The notes under the pieces were generated by a model. It was not told the DNA's origin. It saw only the letters and a program-made list of their open reading frames with translations, and ran no database searches. DNA of 12,629 nucleotides. Source: Fidelibacterota bacterium (lineage in GTDB: Bacteria; Fidelibacterota; Marinisomatia; Marinisomatales; S15-B10). The stretch's first letter is position 1. Each line of letters starts with the position of its first letter. Of the stretch, positions 7,798 through 12,629 are shown piece by piece. The DNA lies in assembly GCA_046861655.1 (NCBI GenBank), contig JBHIAI010000048.1, positions 1 through 12,629 on the forward strand. The letters are read 5' to 3'. Position numbers and translations under genes: made by a program.

Positions 7798-8179
7798 GTC
7801 CCGCCCGGGCGGGACGAAGAAAACCGTCGCTGCCGGGAAATTCAGCACGGCTTTCAGTTCGCTGAGGCGATGATCTGAACTCTCCCGCCACGGCGGGATC
7901 AGACAGCAGATCCTCTCCCCCTCCGCTCACTTCAGCCGTGTTCATCTGAATTCCCCGAAGGCGACAAGAACAAAAAGACATAAAAGAAAGAACGCGGCCT
8001 TAGAATAGTTTCGGAAGAAGAGGATGACTCTGGACGGGGAGAAGAATGAATTCCTGTCTGACGATGCCGCCGCAGGCGGCAGAGGAGTTTAATTCATTCC
8101 CCCGGACAGGGGAAATCCGGCCGAAACTATTCTCGAGCCGCAGGTTCTCTTGCTACTTCTCTTACGGTAAGAGAAGTAG
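7798..8179. other. Bipartite highly structured non-coding element (two inverted homologous stem-loop modules); candidate ncRNA or MITE/REPIN-like element
   Basis: Perfect palindromes at 7798-7815 and 8153-8179. Stems 7834-7845/7946-7957, 7846-7852/7934-7940, 7872-7877/7907-7912, 8002-8014/8121-8133 and 8044-8052/8091-8099. Shared AACTC..TCAGACAG and AAGARAACC motifs on opposite strands. Confidence 0.75.
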
Positions 8180-8188
8180 AGAAAAACC

Positions 8189-8240
8189 TTTTCCATTGGG
8201 GGAACCGAGACCCCCACTCGTGTGTCACGAAAAACCTTTC
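8189..8240 (+). repeat. Imperfect direct repeat, copy 2 (52 bp)
   Basis: 42/52 identical to 7741-7792. Confidence 0.85.
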
Positions 8241-8296
8241 ATCCCATCCTTCTTTTCACAAAAGTCCGCGGGTTGCCACACGTCACAGGACCTTGT

Positions 8297-8332
8297 TTGT
8301 TATTGATATTAACCGGGGAGTATAGATATATT
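8297..8332 (+). promoter_or_regulatory. Possible sigma70 promoter for the envelope-protein cluster
   Basis: AT-rich patch; TTGATA (8303-8308) with TATATT (8327-8332), or TTGTTA (8297-8302) with TATAGA (8321-8326); both have 18-bp spacers. Confidence 0.35.
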
Positions 8333-8352
8333 GGAGTGAACACCCTGATCCA

Positions 8353-9492
8353 ATGAGACAGAATGGGGAAACCTTGGCCAGGATAGTCGCCCGTCCAATC
8401 ATCCTTAGTTTATTCATGATGTGTGGCCTGTTCGGCCAGACATCCTCCATCACCGTGGAGGGGGCGGGCATGAGCGAGGATGCCGCCGTAGAAGCCGCCA
8501 AACGGTCGGCGGTGGAGATGGGCCTGGGAACCGTCATGTCCTCTGAAACCATCGTGAAAAACGCGGTGGTTTTTTCCGACAACATCTACGCCAAGGCCCA
8601 GGGGTTTGTGAAAACGTTTGAGGTCCTTGACAGCCGCCAGGATCCCGACGGCTTGTGGGTGGTAACCATCCGGGCCGAAGTGACGGAGATCCTGGACCAG
8701 ATATTACAGGACGAAGTGGCCGTTCAGACCCTCCTGAACGCCATGAACCGTCCCAAGATCGTCTTTCTCATCCGGGAAGAGAACCTCATTGACAACACAG
8801 GCTCCGATTTTGCGGAGACCAAGCTTATCCAGATGTTTTATGATAAAGGATTTGACGTGGTGGACCGGCAGATGGTGCAGGCTTTGGAGGGCCGGCCCGA
8901 GTACAGCCAGGCTATGACGGGAGATGTGACAGCCGCGGCAACGATTGCGGGTCAACTGGGGGCCGACGTCATCGTCATTGGCACGGCCAAGATTTCCTCC
9001 GGGGGAAAAATGTATAACATGGTATCGGGACAGGCCGACATCAACGCGAAGATCGTCCGGACGGACACCGGTGAGATCCTGGCCATCGTACCTCAAGCCC
9101 GGGGGAAAAAGCCCCATATTTCCCCTTCCACGGCTGGAATCGGTGCCGTGAACCAGGCGGCGGAGGTGCTGGGCAGAGACATCATAGGTCAGCTCATCCG
9201 AAAATGGAGTTCCCAGCAGGCCAACGCCATCAATGTGTTCTTAGTTTTGACCAACGCCCAGTTTATGGATTTTATGAATATGGGTGCTTTTCTGAAGTCC
9301 CAGACCATCCCTGGTATCCGGAATGCCTTTGACAAGGGACTCAACAACGGGGTGGCTGAGTTTCAAATCCTTTACGAGGGGAAATCCCAGGATCTGGCCA
9401 TGGCTCTAACCCAGAATCCTCCGGAGACGGTGAACATCCGCATCACCGGCCTCTCGGGCAATCGCATTTCCGCCGAGGTTGTATCGGAATGA
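8353..9492 (+). CDS. Exported protein with FlgT N-terminal-like domain and a CsgG/LpoB-like alpha/beta middle domain
   Basis: Signal peptide (..LFMMCGLFG|Q); VEGAG..EDAAVEAAKRSAVE..LG..MSSETIVKN.....DNIY.KAQGFVKTFEVL; GFDVVD, LGADVIVIGTA and KIVRTDTGEILA. The start could be TTG 8374. Confidence 0.7.
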   Translation: MRQNGETLARIVARPIILSLFMMCGLFGQTSSITVEGAGMSEDAAVEAAKRSAVEMGLGTVMSSETIVKNAVVFSDNIYAKAQGFVKTFEVLDSRQDPDGLWVVTIRAEVTEILDQILQDEVAVQTLLNAMNRPKIVFLIREENLIDNTGSDFAETKLIQMFYDKGFDVVDRQMVQALEGRPEYSQAMTGDVTAAATIAGQLGADVIVIGTAKISSGGKMYNMVSGQADINAKIVRTDTGEILAIVPQARGKKPHISPSTAGIGAVNQAAEVLGRDIIGQLIRKWSSQQANAINVFLVLTNAQFMDFMNMGAFLKSQTIPGIRNAFDKGLNNGVAEFQILYEGKSQDLAMALTQNPPETVNIRITGLSGNRISAEVVSE

Positions 9493-9520
9493 CCATGGGC
9501 CGATAATCATTGGAGGGACC

Positions 9521-10429
9521 ATGATAAACCGCACCTTTCGCCTCTATTCTACATTTTTCATTTTGCATTTTTCACTTTTCACTGTGTTGTTCGCCCAATG
9601 GGGCTGGGGAGAGGACGACGCGGTGGAGTCGGTGGAAAACGGAGCCATCAATTATTCCAACGGCTGGGTGACCGCCACGGGCATCGGTGCCATCAGTCCT
9701 CTGGCTCAGAATCCCGGCATGGCCAGGGCCACCGCAGTCCGGGCGGCCAAAATAGACGCTATGAGGAACCTCCTGGAGGCGGTCATGGCCATCAGGGTGA
9801 GCTCCGAGACGACGGTACGAGGTGCGGCGGTGGAGAATGATGTGATCAAGACCCAGGTGGAAGGGATGGTCAAGGGAGCCAAAATGCTGGATATCAACGG
9901 GGACGGGCAGGTGGATTATTCAGGGGACATCCGGTATTTGAGCGACACTTCCATAGAGATTGAGATGGGAGTTCACATGTCCGGCATATCCAGCGTGGTC
10001 CTTCCCCCGGAGGGATTCGCCCCGGCACCCGCCACTGCCCTGGCTACCGAATCGGCCCCCGCTGAGGCCCTTCCCACTCCCGGACCCGGGACCATCACCG
10101 GTCTCATCGTGGACGCCCGGGGATTTGAGATCCGGCCTGCCATGTCGCCCAGGATCGTGGATCAGAATGGGCAGACGGTTTACGGTCCGGGAAACTTCAC
10201 CCGGGAGTATGCCATCAAATTTGGTGTTATCGGTTACTCCAAGAATCTGGAGTCCGCCCAGAACGACCAACGGGTGACGGCGAACCCCCTGGTGGTCAAG
10301 GGAATCGGAGTGGAGGGTGCCAACAACACCGACGTTGTCATCGCCAGTAGCGATGCTTTCAAGGTGAAAAGTGCGGATCAGTCCGGCCAGTTCCTGTCCA
10401 ACTGCCGGGTGATGATTCTCCTGGACTAG
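9521..10429 (+). CDS. Exported LPP20-like domain protein
   Basis: ATG 9521 follows GGAGGG; signal peptide ..VLFA|Q. INYSNGWVTATGIG, ARATAVRAAKIDAMRNLLE, VEGMVKGA, TGLIVDARG...PAMSPRIVDQNG, NPLVVKG and CRVMILLD. Confidence 0.72.
   Translation: MINRTFRLYSTFFILHFSLFTVLFAQWGWGEDDAVESVENGAINYSNGWVTATGIGAISPLAQNPGMARATAVRAAKIDAMRNLLEAVMAIRVSSETTVRGAAVENDVIKTQVEGMVKGAKMLDINGDGQVDYSGDIRYLSDTSIEIEMGVHMSGISSVVLPPEGFAPAPATALATESAPAEALPTPGPGTITGLIVDARGFEIRPAMSPRIVDQNGQTVYGPGNFTREYAIKFGVIGYSKNLESAQNDQRVTANPLVVKGIGVEGANNTDVVIASSDAFKVKSADQSGQFLSNCRVMILLD
9547..9581 (+). repeat. Five degenerate pyrimidine heptamers within the signal-peptide coding region
   Basis: TTCTACA TTTTTCA TTTTGCA TTTTTCA CTTTTCA, encoding STFFILHFSLF. 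Confidence 0.7.
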
Positions 10430-10504
10430 GTCCCGTTCAGATCTTCTTCTGTGAGTCCCAGGCAGGATCGTTCAAACCCATTTCATCAAAACCGGGAGAT
10501 TACC

Positions 10505-11185
10505 ATGCGAGGGAGACATCTCATCAGTGCTGTGGTATGGATAGCTTGCTTGATGCTGATAGCCGGGGGCCGTTGGGCGTACGCACAGGAGGAAAAAGCC
10601 GACACGACCCAGGAAGGTGAACAGGAGACGGTCGCAGTGCCGGGTACGGGTGAAGGGGAGCCGGAGGATATCGGACTTGAGCCCGGGGATGAAGCACCCA
10701 AGTTCGCCTTAAGGGATCTGGAGGGAAACTATGAGCTTCTCACCAAGTGGTCGGGGGTGAGACTTTCCCGGCCGGCCTCGCAGCCCGTGCGGCACGTGGT
10801 GGTGGCAAGTTTCTTTGCCACCTGGTGTGCGCCGTGCATGAAGGAGCTTCCTCATCTTCAGAATCTTTACGAGAAATACGCCGGTCAGGATGTGAAGTTT
10901 TTTCTCATAGACATAACGGAGGCCACGAGGACCGTGGAAGGATACGAGAATTCCCCCCCGGCGGGACCGTTTCTGAAGAAAAAAGGAATCACCGTCCCGG
11001 TCCTTCAGGATGTGTACGGCATGACCAAGAAGAGTTATGGAGTCGACACCCTTCCCAGGTTATTCATCATAGACAAGCTTCGAAGGGTTCGCCTGGTGAA
11101 ACAGGGGTTTCACGAGGGGGAAGATTTTGAAGGCGAACTGGCAGGCGTGATCGACGAATTGCTTACCGAGGAATTGCAGGAGTAG
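10505..11185 (+). CDS. TlpA-family thiol:disulfide oxidoreductase (exported thioredoxin fold)
   Basis: ATG 10505 follows GGGAGA; signal peptide ..WAYA|Q; acidic linker; GDEAPKFALRDLEG, FFATWCAPCMKELPHL and YGVDTLPRLFIID (cis-Pro loop). Confidence 0.92.
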   Translation: MRGRHLISAVVWIACLMLIAGGRWAYAQEEKADTTQEGEQETVAVPGTGEGEPEDIGLEPGDEAPKFALRDLEGNYELLTKWSGVRLSRPASQPVRHVVVASFFATWCAPCMKELPHLQNLYEKYAGQDVKFFLIDITEATRTVEGYENSPPAGPFLKKKGITVPVLQDVYGMTKKSYGVDTLPRLFIIDKLRRVRLVKQGFHEGEDFEGELAGVIDELLTEELQE

Positions 11186-11254
11186 GCAGGGGGGAAAGAC
11201 AGTGGGCAGCGGCAGCGGCACTAGGCAGGGGGGAAAGACAGTGGGCAGCGGCAG
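11183..11254 (+). repeat. Exact 33-bp direct repeat, period 39
   Basis: TAGGCAGGGGGGAAAGACAGTGGGCAGCGGCAG at 11183-11215 and 11222-11254. Confidence 0.95.
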
Positions 11255-11284
11255 AGGGCAGCAGGGGAAGAGTAGAGGAAAAGT

Positions 11285-11701
11285 ATGAGTTTCAAAAGAC
11301 TGAAGGTTTATCAGATGGCCTATGAGTTAGCCATGGAGATTTATGCTATTTCAAAGGTGTTTCCCAGGGAGGAAATGTATTCTTTGACGGATCAAATCCG
11401 AAGATCCTCTCGATCTGTTTGTTCCAACATTGCGGAAGCCTATAGAAAGCGTAGATATCCAAAACACTTTACTTCAAAGATCTCAGATGCTGACAGTGAG
11501 ACTAGTGAGACGGTAGTATGGTTGGATTTTGCAAGAGACTGTGAATACATAGAAGAGGTTGAATACCACTCACTCGCAGACAGATACAATGAAGTTGGCA
11601 AAATGCTCGGAGGGATGGCAGATCACCCTGAGAACTTCCTTCCTAAGGGGGACGCAGTTTCGGATGATGTGCTATTAGAATATGGTAACGAATTTGAATA
11701 A
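11285..11701 (+). CDS. Four helix bundle protein (23S rRNA intervening-sequence protein family)
   Basis: SFKRLKVYQMAYELAMEIY..SK.FP.EE.YSLTDQIRRSSRSVCSNIAEAYRKR.Y..HF.SK.SDAD.E..ET..WL.FA..C.YI; visibly AT-richer than its neighbours. Confidence 0.95.
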   Translation: MSFKRLKVYQMAYELAMEIYAISKVFPREEMYSLTDQIRRSSRSVCSNIAEAYRKRRYPKHFTSKISDADSETSETVVWLDFARDCEYIEEVEYHSLADRYNEVGKMLGGMADHPENFLPKGDAVSDDVLLEYGNEFE

Positions 11702-11733
11702 GTGGGTTTGCGGGAAGACTTATGTCACTTAGA

Positions 11734-11755
11734 CTGCTGCTGCAGCTGCCGCTGC
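11734..11755. repeat. CTGC-rich tract, inverted complement of the GCAG tract upstream of the four-helix-bundle gene
   Basis: GCTGCCGCTGC (11745-11755) is the reverse complement of 11206-11216. CTGCTGC (11734-11740) is the reverse complement of 11258-11264. Confidence 0.75.
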
Positions 11756-11772
11756 TAACTAATGGAGATGCA

Positions 11773-12504
11773 ATGACAAAGCCCTGGATGAAACCCATTT
11801 CCATCTTTCTCAGCTGGTCCATGCTTGTCGGAACCTTCCCCGTTTCCTTGAGTGGTCAGATTACTCAAACGGTCAGGGGCGAGGGTCCTGTAACCGTGGC
11901 CGTGCTGGATATGGAGGGCCGCGGCATTTCAGCTCTGGAGGCCCAGACCCTTACCGACCGGATGCGATCCGAGCTGGTCAATACGGGTGCGGTGACGGTG
12001 GTGGAACGGGGCCAGATGCAGGAAGTCCTGGAAGAACAGGGGTTTCAGCAGACAGGATGTACATCGGCCGAATGCGCGGTGGAAGTGGGAAAGCTTCTGG
12101 GGGTGTCTGAGATGGTGACCGGGTCCATCGGGAAGATCGGTCAGAGTTATACCATTGACGTCCGCATGTTTTCCGTTGAGACCGGAGCGATCTCGAAGAG
12201 TGTCAATCGCACCTACAAGGGGGAAGTGGACGGGCTCATCATGGAGATAGAAAGAATGTCGTGGGACATTGTAGGGCTTTCCCCGCCTTCGGGACGTTTT
12301 CCAGAGGAAAAGGCGGAGGTGGCGGAAGTGACCCCTCCCGCGGTTGTGGAGGAAGGGAAACCCGAAAAGAAGGGGGGATTCGGGCGGATTCTCTTGACCA
12401 CCGTTGTTCTGGCCGCCCTTGGCGGTGGGGGATATTACTACTACACGACACTTCAAGAAGAGGCGGGTAAGACCCTGCCCGGACCTCCGGCCCTGCCGGA
12501 CTAG
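11773..12504 (+). CDS. CsgG/HfaB-like (TolB_N/LpoB-type fold) exported protein with C-terminal membrane segment
   Basis: ATG 11773 follows GGAG (11764-11767). VAVLDMEGRGIS..EAQTLTDRMRSEL..TG..TVVERGQM..VLEEQGFQQTGCTSAECAVEVGKLLGV..MVTGSIGKIG..YTIDVRM..VETG. The C-terminus has a KK+hydrophobic+GGGGYYYY segment and an LPGPPALP tail. Confidence 0.82.
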   Translation: MTKPWMKPISIFLSWSMLVGTFPVSLSGQITQTVRGEGPVTVAVLDMEGRGISALEAQTLTDRMRSELVNTGAVTVVERGQMQEVLEEQGFQQTGCTSAECAVEVGKLLGVSEMVTGSIGKIGQSYTIDVRMFSVETGAISKSVNRTYKGEVDGLIMEIERMSWDIVGLSPPSGRFPEEKAEVAEVTPPAVVEEGKPEKKGGFGRILLTTVVLAALGGGGYYYYTTLQEEAGKTLPGPPALPD

Positions 12505-12521
12505 ATGTTCGGTAAAGGTAT

Positions 12522-12572
12522 GAGATCGCCACGCGAGGTTCATGCTGAGCGGAGCGAACGTGCTCGCCATGA
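12522..12572. repeat. REP-like hairpin / possible terminator
   Basis: GCGAG 12533-12537 pairs with CTCGC 12563-12567; GTTC/GAAC and GCT/AGC form inner pairs; TTTTT follows. Confidence 0.45.
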
Positions 12573-12629
12573 TTTTTCTCCCACAAGAGTTCCTTCGAAA
12601 TCCCGTACTGACACAATACACCTCTTAGG

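Noticed and set aside
7129..7848. 239-aa antisense ORF
   Set aside because: Shadow of the DUF5020-like gene running into the repeat element; no protein-family features.
8058..8090. Hammerhead-like CUGACGA followed by a GC hairpin
   Set aside because: The stem is followed by GAGG rather than the required GAAA, and the sister module lacks CUGANGA.
7741..8240. CRISPR array (GGGGAACC-containing repeats)
   Set aside because: Only two 52-bp imperfect copies about 400 bp apart, no spacer periodicity, and no cas genes.
8046..8306. 86-aa ORF (and 7691-7981 on -) inside the structured region
   Set aside because: Translations of palindromic/repeat DNA with no domain signal; the region is better explained as non-coding.
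10820..10840. Selenocysteine in the TlpA active site
   Set aside because: The codons are TGT and TGC (WCAPC); no in-frame TGA.
11722..11772. Upstream start for the CsgG-like gene (MSLRLLLQLPLL...)
   Set aside because: This segment is the CTGC repeat arm; ATG 11773 has a GGAG RBS and gives a normal signal peptide.

Overview
A GC-rich bacterial chromosomal window with all credible genes on the + strand. The gene content suggests an FCB-group lineage such as Marinimicrobia or Ignavibacteria-like (inference only). The housekeeping block is mnmA (5'-truncated by the window), an N-domain-only GlmU-like nucleotidyltransferase, a secreted hypothetical protein, a LytR_C protein, rsfS, argS, MarC and a DUF5020-like outer-membrane protein. 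An AAA_14/DUF4143 ATPase with its own near-consensus sigma70 promoter sits between rsfS and argS. Next is a cell-envelope cluster (FlgT_N-like, LPP20-like, TlpA thioredoxin, CsgG/HfaB-like) interrupted by an AT-richer four-helix-bundle (23S IVP-like) gene enclosed by inverted GCAG/CTGC repeats. The most striking signal is non-coding, at 7741-8240. Two diverged modules of the same design (terminal palindrome - AAGARAACC - long stem - AACTC/hairpin/TCAGACAG loop) face each other in inverted orientation with nearly identical spacing, and the pair is bracketed by 52-bp imperfect direct repeats. Pyrimidine heptamer tracts also lie in the N-terminal coding regions of two exported proteins. All calls were made by eye; no searches were run.
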